Below are positions 48,551 through 57,549 of a stretch of DNA of 64,000 nt, one piece after another. Position 1 is the first letter of the stretch; each line of letters starts with the position of its first letter. The notes below the pieces were generated by a model. It searched no databases and was not told where the DNA came from. It was given only the letters and a program-made list of their open reading frames with translations. Source of the DNA: Candidatus Latescibacterota bacterium (GTDB lineage: Bacteria; Latescibacterota; UBA2968; UBA8231); the NCBI GenBank assembly GCA_965243025.1, contig CBDETY010000003.1, positions 4,128,001 to 4,192,000 on the forward strand. Direction: 5' to 3'. The position numbers and the translations under genes are program-made.

Positions 48551-48839
48551 AACCCTGCCATCGGGTTACCGCATCGGGTATTTCGCTGGCCGGCAATACG
48601 CTCCTGCAGCCCTGGCGCCGTTTCCCTATATTTCCGGGGAGATTCCTCAGGGAATTCCTTCCTTTTTTGCGCAGCCTCCCCGGCTGCCTTCGGCTCCTCC
48701 CCCTGACATACTGCCTCTTTTCTGAACAGAGGCACTGCGATTCGGCCCCTGCGGGACCGCCTCTTCGGTGAGGTGTCGTTCCCGCTCGATCCCGGCGGCC
48801 CCGCACCCGGACTGCCAGGCCATTGGAAAGCGAACCCCC

Positions 48840-50138
48840 ATGACCTCTATTCGGCATCTACCCGGACCGACCATCCAGTCCCGGGAGGCGGTCGACCTCG
48901 AAGAGAGTTCTCCGGAATCCTACCTCTTCTTCAACGAGACCACGCGAAAATACGTCCAGGCCTACAGGCAGCTCGAGGAGCAGTTCGAATATCTCGACGC
49001 AAAGCTCGAAGAGACCAACAACCAGCTCCGGCAGAGCCTGGAGGAGAAAGACCGTGTCAGCAAATACCTGAACAACATCCTCGAGAGCATGAGCGGGGGC
49101 GTCCTCGTCCTCGACCTCGAGGGCAGAATCACCCTGTTCAACCAGGCGGCCGAGGAGATCACCGGCCGCAGCCAGGAGGAAGTGCTCGGACGCCGCTACG
49201 AAGAGGTCATGGGGGAGGACGCGGGCGGGGGCAAGTCCGCCCTTTACACGCTCGACTCCGGGACCGGCCTGCAGACCCGGGAGAAGGAGCTGAAGCGCTC
49301 CGATGGACGCACGATCCCCCTCGGCTTCAGCTCATCCCTGGTCAGGGATCACAACGGCGAGGTTCTCGGCGCCCTCGAGGCTTTCAACGACCTCACCGAG
49401 GTGAAACGCCTGGAAGCGCAGGTTCAGCGCATGCACACCCTGGCCGCCCTCGGCGAGATGGCGGCGACCGTGGCCCACGAGATACGCAACCCCCTGGGGG
49501 GCATCGCCAGCTTCGCCAACCTGCTGGAACGCGACCTCGATTCCGGCGATCCGAACAGGCGGCTGGTCAGCAAGATCACCGAGGGCGTTGCCCGTCTCAA
49601 CCGCATAGTATCGAGCCTGTTGAGCTACACCAGGCCGCTGAACCTGAACACCCGGACAGCCGACATCCGCGAAGTCGTCGAGGAGGCTGCCGCCTTCTTC
49701 GAGGTCGATCCGGAGGGCCGGTCCGGGGAAGTAGTGATCGAGCGCTCGTATCCCGAGACCCCACAGGCTGTCGAACTGGATACCGAGCAGGTGCACCAGG
49801 TCGTCCTCAACCTGCTTCTCAACGCCGCCCAGGCGATGCCCGGCGGCGGGGTGATCCTCCTGGAGGTGCTGCGCGAAGGGAACGCGGGGGAAACGCAGAT
49901 CCGCGTTCGCGACGAAGGGCCCGGAATCGATGCGGAAACACGGGAAAAGCTGTTCACTCCCTTCTTCACGACCAAGGAGGACGGCACCGGCCTCGGGCTG
50001 GTGACGTCCAAGAAAATCGTCGAAGCCCACGGCGGGCGTATCACCCTCGAGAGCAATCCCGGGGAGGGCAGTTGTTTCACCATCGCCCTTCCCACCAACC
50101 GACCGGAAAGACAATGCCAGACAAACGCATTCTCGTAG
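48840..50138 (+). CDS. Cytoplasmic PAS histidine kinase (FleS/FlrB-like)
   Basis: Coiled coil plus PAS, AHEIRNPL, NLLLNA, DEGPG, FFTTK, GTGLGL; no TM segment. Confidence 0.92.
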   Translation: MTSIRHLPGPTIQSREAVDLEESSPESYLFFNETTRKYVQAYRQLEEQFEYLDAKLEETNNQLRQSLEEKDRVSKYLNNILESMSGGVLVLDLEGRITLFNQAAEEITGRSQEEVLGRRYEEVMGEDAGGGKSALYTLDSGTGLQTREKELKRSDGRTIPLGFSSSLVRDHNGEVLGALEAFNDLTEVKRLEAQVQRMHTLAALGEMAATVAHEIRNPLGGIASFANLLERDLDSGDPNRRLVSKITEGVARLNRIVSSLLSYTRPLNLNTRTADIREVVEEAAAFFEVDPEGRSGEVVIERSYPETPQAVELDTEQVHQVVLNLLLNAAQAMPGGGVILLEVLREGNAGETQIRVRDEGPGIDAETREKLFTPFFTTKEDGTGLGLVTSKKIVEAHGGRITLESNPGEGSCFTIALPTNRPERQCQTNAFS

Positions 50139-51556
50139 TCGACGACGACTCGTACGTCCGCGGGGCGACGGCGGAGATCCTGATTCGCAAGGGGTATGAC
50201 GTCGAAACCGCTTCGCAGGCCAGGGCGGCCCTGGAGCGCCTGGAGAATGACGAATACGACCTGCTGCTTTCAGACATCAAGATGCCTGGCATGGGCGGGC
50301 TCGAGCTGCTCGAGCGGGTGAAATCGAAGTGGCCCGAGATGCACGTAATCCTGATGACGGCCTACGGAACCGTCGAGGATGCGGTCGAGGCGATGAAAAA
50401 GGGGGCCTACGACTACATCGAGAAGGGCTCGGAGTCGACGACCTCGGAAACCGAGATCGTCGTCGAGCGCGCGCTTCGATTCCAGGAGACGGTGCGCGAG
50501 AACCGGCGCCTGCGCTCCGAGCTGCAGGACAGGTACAGCTTCAGCGGCATGATCGGCAACAGCCAGGGCATGGAACAGGTGGTCGACCTGATCGGCACGG
50601 TGGCCGACAGCCGCGCCACCGTTCTCGTCACCGGCGAAAGCGGGACCGGCAAGGAGCTGGTCGCCAGGGCCCTGCATTACAACAGCAGCCGCCGCAACGG
50701 CCCCTTCGTCCGCCTCAACTGCGCCGCCCTTCCCAAGGAGCTGATGGAAAGCGAGCTGTTCGGCCACGAGAAGGGGGCGTTCACGGGTGCGATCAAGCAG
50801 ACCCGGGGCCGCTTCGAGATGGCCGACGGCGGTACCCTTCTACTCGACGAGATCAGCGAAATGGACCTCTCCCTGCAGGCCAAGCTGCTGCGCGTGCTGC
50901 AGGAACGGGAGTTCGAGCGTATCGGCAGCACGAGGACGATCTCCGTCGACGTCCGTATCGTGGCGACGACCAACCGGGACCTGGTCGAGGAGGTCGAAGA
51001 GGGGAACTTCCGCGAAGACCTCTTCTACCGCCTCAACGTGATTGAAATCCGCCTGCCTCCTCTCAGGAAGCGAAGGGAGGATATCGCCGCTCTCGCACGC
51101 CATTTCGTCCAGCGATTCAACGACGACAACGGCAAGCGGATCGAGGGAATCTCCGACGAGGCCCTCGAGCTGCTGATGGAGTACGACTGGCCCGGCAACG
51201 TGCGCGAGCTGGAGAACCAGATCGAGCGGGCGGTGGTGGTTTCCCGCCGGCCCATGCTCGACGTCGCCGACTTCCCGCAAACATTCGAACGGGGCGGCCC
51301 CAGGCGCGGAGGGGAAGACCTGCAGGTCGGCCTCACCGTCCGCGAGATGGAACGCCGCCTGATCATGGGGACCCTCGAGGCTTTCGGCGGAAACCGCACC
51401 GATGCGGCCGCCCAGCTCGGCATCAGCACCCGAACCCTGCGCAACAAGCTCCACGAGTACGGCGCCATGGACGCCTTCAAGGAGGGCGGCAAGCCGGCCG
51501 TGGCCGCTGACGAAAACGGCCACAGCGAACCTCTTACCGCCCTTCCCCGAAGCTGA
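50114..51556 (+). CDS. Sigma54-dependent response regulator (NtrC family, FleR/AtoC-like)
   Basis: [36 protein letters not shown], Fis-type HTH. Confidence 0.95.
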   Translation: MPDKRILVVDDDSYVRGATAEILIRKGYDVETASQARAALERLENDEYDLLLSDIKMPGMGGLELLERVKSKWPEMHVILMTAYGTVEDAVEAMKKGAYDYIEKGSESTTSETEIVVERALRFQETVRENRRLRSELQDRYSFSGMIGNSQGMEQVVDLIGTVADSRATVLVTGESGTGKELVARALHYNSSRRNGPFVRLNCAALPKELMESELFGHEKGAFTGAIKQTRGRFEMADGGTLLLDEISEMDLSLQAKLLRVLQEREFERIGSTRTISVDVRIVATTNRDLVEEVEEGNFREDLFYRLNVIEIRLPPLRKRREDIAALARHFVQRFNDDNGKRIEGISDEALELLMEYDWPGNVRELENQIERAVVVSRRPMLDVADFPQTFERGGPRRGGEDLQVGLTVREMERRLIMGTLEAFGGNRTDAAAQLGISTRTLRNKLHEYGAMDAFKEGGKPAVAADENGHSEPLTALPRS

Positions 51557-51883
51557 CCGCCCCCCTCCGGTTGTCCGTCCCGGTAACCGGTCCTGTTCCA
51601 CCGGTTCCGCAAGATTGATTCCGGGCCCTCGGCGGGCTACCTTTCCGCGCCTTGAACGGAAGCCCGGTCCCGTCGGCCAGGACCGTCGATGGCAAACGGA
51701 GAAGGCGGGAAATCGTTCACCCGCCACCCCGTCGACAGAAAATCCGGCTACCGGTGGGGCTTTTTTCCGGGCAGCGCATCCCGTCCCTTGAAAACCGGAT
51801 GTCCTCGCTTGACCAACACCGCCAGGATGGGATCCCCGTAGCAGCGGGTCACACCGCTGCCGCCCTGAGTTCTTCCCGATGAC

Positions 51884-53773
51884 ATGAGCGGCCCGGCCGG
51901 CAGACGCGACGAGATCCAATCCCTGTCCGACGCCAGGTCGCTGATCGATACCGTCGTTGCCGCCAGCCGCAGCGACCGGTTGAGCGATGAAGAGCGGGGA
52001 GGTTTCATCCGCCGGCTGCTGCTCAATCAGCCCCTGCAGTCCCGCCTCGAGATCCCGGAGGCCATCGACCTGTTGCTCTCGAAGGTGCCGGCCGGCGAGT
52101 GGGAGTCGACCTTCGGCAGGGCGGCAGGCAAGGTGTTGCCCCAGGTCGTCGTGGAGATGGTCGACACCGTCGCCGAGGTCGGCCACGCCGAGGCGCTCCG
52201 TCTCAGCGGCGGCGACCCGAAGACCCTCGTCGACATCCTGAAGAAGCTCGACAGTTACTTCCGCAGACTCGACGAGAGAACGCGATACCTGCGCGGCATG
52301 CGGGCGGTCTGCGTGCAGGCGGACGTCTACCGGATGTTGTCCGACCCGGATATCTGGCGGCGGAGAAAGGTCCCCCCGTTCTGCCTCGACAACCGCGCGA
52401 TCGCCTCCCTGAAGGAACGCAAGAGAACCGCCGAGCTTCCCGACGCCTACGAAGCGAGCATCATGGAGCTGCAGCGCCGCGACATGGCCGCCGGCCTGCG
52501 GGGAAACCGGCGGCCATCCAGACGCAGTTTCAGAGCGACTTCCATGGCGCCGGAGGATTTCGACAAGCTGTTCACCGTCGTCTCTCCCCTGCGGCTGGGG
52601 ATTTCCAGCGCCAACGCCTCGGACAACCACCTCCGCACCAAGGAACAGGGCGGCAAGACACTCAACGCGGGAATCGATCTGTGCGCCGACGATTCGGGCA
52701 GATGCAAGCCTCCCCTGACGGTGACGGCGCGGCGTCTCGAGGAACCGCGCCTGGTGTTGCGTTCCCTTTCCAAGGGGTTCGAAGCGGATTTCGAGATCAA
52801 CTCGCGCGGCGAACCAGCGGTCCAGAGCGACCTGTTCTTCGCCTATCGCCGCGGCGGAGACGAGTCTCTGCGCATGGTCAAGGAGGCGCTCGTGCACTGC
52901 GGGATCATCCCCCGGCGGACCAGGGACGTGGTGGGGGACGTATCGTACTTCGCAAGCGGCGGCGGGCTAGAAGTCGCAACCTCGAGCGCCGTTCTGCAGG
53001 GGTCCGGACTCGGCACCAGCAGCATCCTCGCCGCGGCCATTCTCAAGGTCTTCTACCGGATGACCGGTCACCCCGCCGGCACCGACGCAGGGGAATACCC
53101 CGACCTCTACGACCAGAGCGTCCTGCTCGAGCAGAGCCTCGGGCTCAACTCCGGCTGGCAGGACGCGCGCGGAGCCCGGGGCGGTACGAGTGCCGCCAAA
53201 GATCTGTACGCACCCCCGACCGACGGGCCGCCGGCGCCGGACATCACTTTCGTCGAGGTGGACGCCGACCGTTTCGCCGAACGCATCGTACTGTTCGACA
53301 CCGGCATTTCGCGCGCCGCTTCGCGTGGACTGAACGTCGTCCTCGCCGCTTACCTCAGGAGGGACCGCCACCGCTATTTCGCCTTGCGCGAATCGCTGGC
53401 GATCCACGACGATATGGTGGCCGCACTTCGCGACGGCGACTACGACGCCCTGGGGAGGATGGCGACGCGTTACTGGGAGCTGCGCTGCATTCTCGATCCC
53501 GAAGCGACCAGCCCCACCCTGCAAAACCTGTTCGCGGGGACCGCTGTTTCCGGCCTGTGCAGCGGCGGCATGCTGACCGGCGCAGGCGGCGGCGGTTTCG
53601 CCCTCCTCGTGGCGGCCGACGGCGCCGCGGATGACCTCAAGCGGGAACTGGGGAAACTGCGCGACCGGAGCTCTTTCGCCGCCAGCAGGGTGGTGGATTT
53701 CCGGCTCAACAGCGGCGGTCTGAAGCTGACCGAGAGCCATGTTTTGAAAACGGAGAGGACGGCAGAAACATGA
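51884..53773 (+). CDS. GHMP kinase (fucokinase/heptose-phosphate-kinase-like) with unrecognised N-terminal domain
   Basis: GSGLGTSSILAAA, GWQD, LFDTGISR, LTGAGGGGF. Confidence 0.75.
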   Translation: MSGPAGRRDEIQSLSDARSLIDTVVAASRSDRLSDEERGGFIRRLLLNQPLQSRLEIPEAIDLLLSKVPAGEWESTFGRAAGKVLPQVVVEMVDTVAEVGHAEALRLSGGDPKTLVDILKKLDSYFRRLDERTRYLRGMRAVCVQADVYRMLSDPDIWRRRKVPPFCLDNRAIASLKERKRTAELPDAYEASIMELQRRDMAAGLRGNRRPSRRSFRATSMAPEDFDKLFTVVSPLRLGISSANASDNHLRTKEQGGKTLNAGIDLCADDSGRCKPPLTVTARRLEEPRLVLRSLSKGFEADFEINSRGEPAVQSDLFFAYRRGGDESLRMVKEALVHCGIIPRRTRDVVGDVSYFASGGGLEVATSSAVLQGSGLGTSSILAAAILKVFYRMTGHPAGTDAGEYPDLYDQSVLLEQSLGLNSGWQDARGARGGTSAAKDLYAPPTDGPPAPDITFVEVDADRFAERIVLFDTGISRAASRGLNVVLAAYLRRDRHRYFALRESLAIHDDMVAALRDGDYDALGRMATRYWELRCILDPEATSPTLQNLFAGTAVSGLCSGGMLTGAGGGGFALLVAADGAADDLKRELGKLRDRSSFAASRVVDFRLNSGGLKLTESHVLKTERTAET

Positions 53774-54537
53774 TGATGTCGGACAAGGCCGGATTCGTCG
53801 CCGGCGTTGCCAACCACCGCAGCATTTCCTGGGCGATCGCCCGGGCCCTCGACCGCGAGGGCGCCCGGCTGGTCCTCGGCTACCTCGGCGAGCGCGAGCG
53901 GACGGGCATCGAAAAGATCGCCGGCCAGTTGTCGGCCCCGCCGGTTCTCGTTCAGTGCGACGTCGGCGACGACCAATCGGTGGAGGCGGCCTTCTCACAG
54001 GTTTCAGGGGAGGTCGGCAAGCTCGATTTCCTCGTCCACGGGGTCGCCTTCGCCAACCGGGAGGATCTCGACGGCCGATACACCGACACCTCGCGGGACG
54101 GCTACCGCCTCGCCCTCGAGGTCAGCGCCTATTCGCTGAACTGTCTGGTGCGCGGCGCCGAACCTCTGATGACCGCAGGAGGGGGGGTGGTTGCCCTGAC
54201 CTACCTGGGCAGCGAGCGGGCGGTGCGCAACTACAACGTCATGGGGGTAGCGAAAGCCGCGCTCGAATCCGGGATTCGCTACCTCGCTTCGGAGCTCGGC
54301 GAGAAGAACATCCGCGTCAACGGGCTCTCCGCCGGACCGCTCAAGACACTGGCCTCGCGGGGCATCCGCGACTTCAACCTCATGCACCGCGCGCACGCGG
54401 AACGGGCGCCGCTGCGTCGCAACACCGACGTCGAGGAAGTAGCCGACGCCGCCCTCTTCCTGTGCAGCCACCTCAGCCGCGGCATCACGGGAGAGGTGCT
54501 CTATGTCGACGGCGGATACCGCATCATGGGGATATAG
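53770..54537 (+). CDS. fabI: Enoyl-ACP reductase (NADH)
   Basis: GVANHRSISWAIA, SAYSL, NYNVMGVAKAALE, SAGPLKTLA. Confidence 0.95.
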   Translation: MMMSDKAGFVAGVANHRSISWAIARALDREGARLVLGYLGERERTGIEKIAGQLSAPPVLVQCDVGDDQSVEAAFSQVSGEVGKLDFLVHGVAFANREDLDGRYTDTSRDGYRLALEVSAYSLNCLVRGAEPLMTAGGGVVALTYLGSERAVRNYNVMGVAKAALESGIRYLASELGEKNIRVNGLSAGPLKTLASRGIRDFNLMHRAHAERAPLRRNTDVEEVADAALFLCSHLSRGITGEVLYVDGGYRIMGI

Positions 54538-54621
54538 TTTCGAGCGCCGCTCGGAATCCCCTGATACGGAGCGCCCTGCATCGGCGAAGCCGTTGCCCGG
54601 GTGGCTCCCCGGGTTCTCCGG

Positions 54622-55296
54622 CTACAGGTCGAGGGCTCGCAGCTGCCGCAGACTGCGCCGTCCCCACCGCCGGCCGGTGCGCTCGAGGGCCTCGAGATGA
54701 TCGCGCAGAAAAGCGGCGTCGGCCGCTGTGTCGACGTCGTACCAAGGAGGCAACAGCGCCAGGTCGAGGCCGGCGGCGGCCTCCAGGGTCTGGCGGAAAA
54801 CCCGGCTGCTGCTCCACTCGATGTTGCGGAACAGGCCCCTGTTGAGTTGGCGTTGTCCGACGAGGTAATAGCCGCCGTCGCTGCACGGGCCCAGCACCAG
54901 TTCGCGAGTGCGCAGCAGGTCGAACGCCCGGTCAATCAGCTCCGGTCCCAGGGACGGGCTGTCCGAGCCCAGGACCACGGTCCGGTCGGCGCCGCGCTCG
55001 AAGCTGTGCTCGAACATGACCTCGATCCGGTTTCCCAGGTCGGTGTCCGGTTGGGGAACGAAATCGAAGGCCGCGGCCTGAGAGCCCAGCATCTCCCGGA
55101 AGGCCTCCGCTGCCGCTGCGGGTGAACAGGCGATCACCTTCCTCGCCGCGGTCGTCGCCGCTGCGGTCTCGGCGCAGTCGAGAAGAAACGACCGGTAGAG
55201 ATCGGCTGCCTGGGGGGCGCTCAGCCGCGGCTGCAGCCTGGTCTTCACCTCTCCTGCGACCGGGAGTTTCGCGAACAGAATGACGCAGGTACACAT
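54622..55296 (-). CDS. DUF2064 / TIGR04282-like GT-A fold transferase
   Basis: FAKLPVAGEVKTRL, DLGNRI, GSDSPSL, LGPCSDGGYYLVG, WYDVDT. Confidence 0.88.
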   Translation of the reverse strand: MCTCVILFAKLPVAGEVKTRLQPRLSAPQAADLYRSFLLDCAETAAATTAARKVIACSPAAAAEAFREMLGSQAAAFDFVPQPDTDLGNRIEVMFEHSFERGADRTVVLGSDSPSLGPELIDRAFDLLRTRELVLGPCSDGGYYLVGQRQLNRGLFRNIEWSSSRVFRQTLEAAAGLDLALLPPWYDVDTAADAAFLRDHLEALERTGRRWGRRSLRQLRALDL

Positions 55297-55365
55297 GCCG
55301 GCGAATTGTACACCGCCTGCCGACCCCCGTCCAAGCAGCGGAGTGCGAAACCGCAACGATTCCGG

Positions 55366-56355
55366 ATGAGCGTCGATCCACAGGACCTGTACGATCTGCT
55401 GCGGCGGCGTCCCGGCGAGTACTACCCTGCCGACGATGTCTGCGCTCGCCTGTCCTGCACATCCGGGGAGCTCGAGGAAATGCTCGAAACCCTGGAACAG
55501 GCCGGCGCAATGATGGCCGCCGACCCCGGCCTGGGAATGCGGCTGACCGGAATACCGGAGCGGCTGGCCCCGGTCGAGATTCGCCATCGCCTCGGAACCG
55601 CGACCTTCGGGCGCCGCGCCGTGGTGAAGGAGCGCGTCGCCTCGACGAACGACGTCGCCGCCGGACTCGCCGCCACTTTCCCGGCCGGCACCGTCGTCGC
55701 CGCCGAATCGCAGTCCCGGGGGCGGGGCCGCCGCGGCCGCCGATGGCTGGCCGAGCCCGGAAGCAGTCTCCTGTTTTCCGTGATCCTGCCGCATGCCCCT
55801 CCGCCGGTCGCGCACAGTCTGCTGGTCGCCGGGGCCGCCGCCCGGGCGCTGATCCGGGAATGCGGGGTGCCGGTTCGGGTCAAGTGGCCGAACGACCTGG
55901 TTGTCGTCGAGGGGTCGAATGCCGGCGACAGCGGCCCCGGGATGCGCAAGCTGGGCGGGGTGCTGTGCGAGCTGCGCAACGGAGCGGCGATTGCCGGGGC
56001 AGGCCTCAACGTCAACCAGGAGCGGTTTCCCGCGGGTCTGCCTCTGGCGGTATCAGTCCGCCAGTTCACGGGCCGAACCTGGAATCGCAATCTGCTCCTG
56101 AACCGGATCCTGAGGGAACTGGAAGTGGAATACAGGTTGGCCTCCGAGGCCGGGCCTGATGAAACGGCAGAGCGGATGCGGCAGCTGTCGGTCACCCTGG
56201 GGCGCCGGGTCGCGGTCTCGACGGAGTCCGGCAGTGTGACCGGAACCGCGACCGACCTGCGGGCCGACGGCAGCCTCGTGATCGAAAGCGATGACGGCGC
56301 CCGCCACCGGCTGCTCACCGGGGACGTGACACCGGCGGCTCACGCCCCGCCTTGA
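55366..56355 (+). CDS. birA: Biotin--[acetyl-CoA-carboxylase] ligase with N-terminal HTH-like region
   Basis: STND, QSRGRGRRGRRW, VKWPNDL, KLGGVL, GLNVN. Confidence 0.92.
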   Translation: MSVDPQDLYDLLRRRPGEYYPADDVCARLSCTSGELEEMLETLEQAGAMMAADPGLGMRLTGIPERLAPVEIRHRLGTATFGRRAVVKERVASTNDVAAGLAATFPAGTVVAAESQSRGRGRRGRRWLAEPGSSLLFSVILPHAPPPVAHSLLVAGAAARALIRECGVPVRVKWPNDLVVVEGSNAGDSGPGMRKLGGVLCELRNGAAIAGAGLNVNQERFPAGLPLAVSVRQFTGRTWNRNLLLNRILRELEVEYRLASEAGPDETAERMRQLSVTLGRRVAVSTESGSVTGTATDLRADGSLVIESDDGARHRLLTGDVTPAAHAPP

Positions 56356-56436
56356 CTCCCGATGGGGCGCCGGTAGTTTGTGCAGTCCGCCGTCCTGTCC
56401 CGAGGCCGCTGACCCCACCGGGCGATAGATTGGAAG

Positions 56437-56934
56437 ATGCTCAGCGCGGAACTGCTCCTGAACCAGATCAAAACCCACGGAGTGACTCACGTCGTCGGGC
56501 TGCCGGACAACGGCTCCCGGGCGTTGTTCGAAGCGCTGTGGGAGGAGCCGACGATCGACGTGATCAACGTCAGCCGCGAAGGAGAGGCCTTCGCCCTCGC
56601 ATCGGGCCTCTACCTCGGCGGCCGGAAACCCCTCGTCGCCATCCAGAACACCGGATTCCTCGAAACCGGCGACGCCTTCCGGGGAACGGCGTTCAACATG
56701 GGGATCCCCCTGGTAATGATCCTCGGGTACCGGGGCTTCGGGACCATGGCTCCCGGGGCGGAGCGAGTCGATACCGCGGCGACCTTCTTCGAGCCGACTC
56801 TCAAAGCCTGGAACATCCCCTACTCAATGCTCTTCGAAGACGCGGAAATCGAGCCGGGGTTGCGCTCAGCTTTCTCGGGGGCGGAGTCGACCTCGTTGCC
56901 GGCCGCCGTCCTTCTCGGCGTGGATACGGGATAA
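56437..56934 (+). CDS. ThDP-dependent decarboxylase alpha subunit (sulfopyruvate/phosphonopyruvate decarboxylase-like)
   Basis: VVGLPD, SREGEAFALASG, IQNTG, ILGYRG. Confidence 0.82.
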   Translation: MLSAELLLNQIKTHGVTHVVGLPDNGSRALFEALWEEPTIDVINVSREGEAFALASGLYLGGRKPLVAIQNTGFLETGDAFRGTAFNMGIPLVMILGYRGFGTMAPGAERVDTAATFFEPTLKAWNIPYSMLFEDAEIEPGLRSAFSGAESTSLPAAVLLGVDTG

Positions 56935-56947
56935 AACGCTGCGGCCA

Positions 56948-57514
56948 ATGCTCGACAAGTACGAATGCCTGCGAAAGCTGGCTGCCCGCCGCGGTCCGGG
57001 TGACGTGGTCGTTACCACCATGTCGGTGGCCTCGCCGTGGGAGGGTATCTCCGACGGCCCGCTCGATTTCGCCTCCGTGGACAGCGCCATGGGGCACGCT
57101 GCGGACTTTGCCTACGGCCTGGCCATCGCCCAGCCCGGGCGCCGCGTTATCACCCTCAACGGCGACGGCAGCACCCTCATGTGCCTCGGAACCCTGGTGA
57201 CCCTGTCGCAGCAGCCGGCTCCGAACTACACCCTCGTGATAACCGAGAACGGAACCTACGAAGTGACCGGGAATCAGCCGGTGCCCGGGGCGGGAACCGT
57301 CGATTACGAGGCGATCGCGCGCGGCGCCGGGTTGACGCAGGTCTACACCCTTGCCGACGAGGCCGACTTCGACGACAAGCTGCCCTTGCACTTCACCGCC
57401 GAGGGGCCGGCGGTGTTCGTGTGGAAGATCGAGCCGGCGGAGGAACCGGTGCCGAGGCCGAGCCGGCCGATCCGGGAACGAGCCCGGCGGCTGCGCGACG
57501 CCCTGGCGGAGTAG
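56948..57514 (+). CDS. ThDP-dependent decarboxylase beta subunit
   Basis: SAMG, NGDGSTLM...ENGTYEVTGNQP (GDG...N ThDP motif). Confidence 0.85.
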   Translation: MLDKYECLRKLAARRGPGDVVVTTMSVASPWEGISDGPLDFASVDSAMGHAADFAYGLAIAQPGRRVITLNGDGSTLMCLGTLVTLSQQPAPNYTLVITENGTYEVTGNQPVPGAGTVDYEAIARGAGLTQVYTLADEADFDDKLPLHFTAEGPAVFVWKIEPAEEPVPRPSRPIRERARRLRDALAE

Positions 57515-57549
57515 CCCCCGGCTTCGGCGATTCCCCCGGAGTCCCCTCC

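Noticed and set aside
48586-48601. TGGC-N8-GC as a sigma54 promoter
   Set aside because: Only the GG-N10-GC spacing matches; it lacks AC and TT, and is expected by chance at this GC content.
48680-48780. Two CCGAAG motifs on the minus strand suggesting a tandem glycine riboswitch
   Set aside because: No GGAGA or CTCTCAGG elements and no downstream gene in that orientation.
51690-51760. c-di-GMP-I riboswitch (GGCAAAC...GAC...AAA)
   Set aside because: GACGCAAAG is replaced by GACAGAAAA, with no GNRA tetraloop/receptor; kept only as a generic structured region.
54622-55296. Arsenosugar biosynthesis cluster
   Set aside because: Only the DUF2064-like gene is present; no partner glycosyltransferase, ArsM or ArsS nearby.
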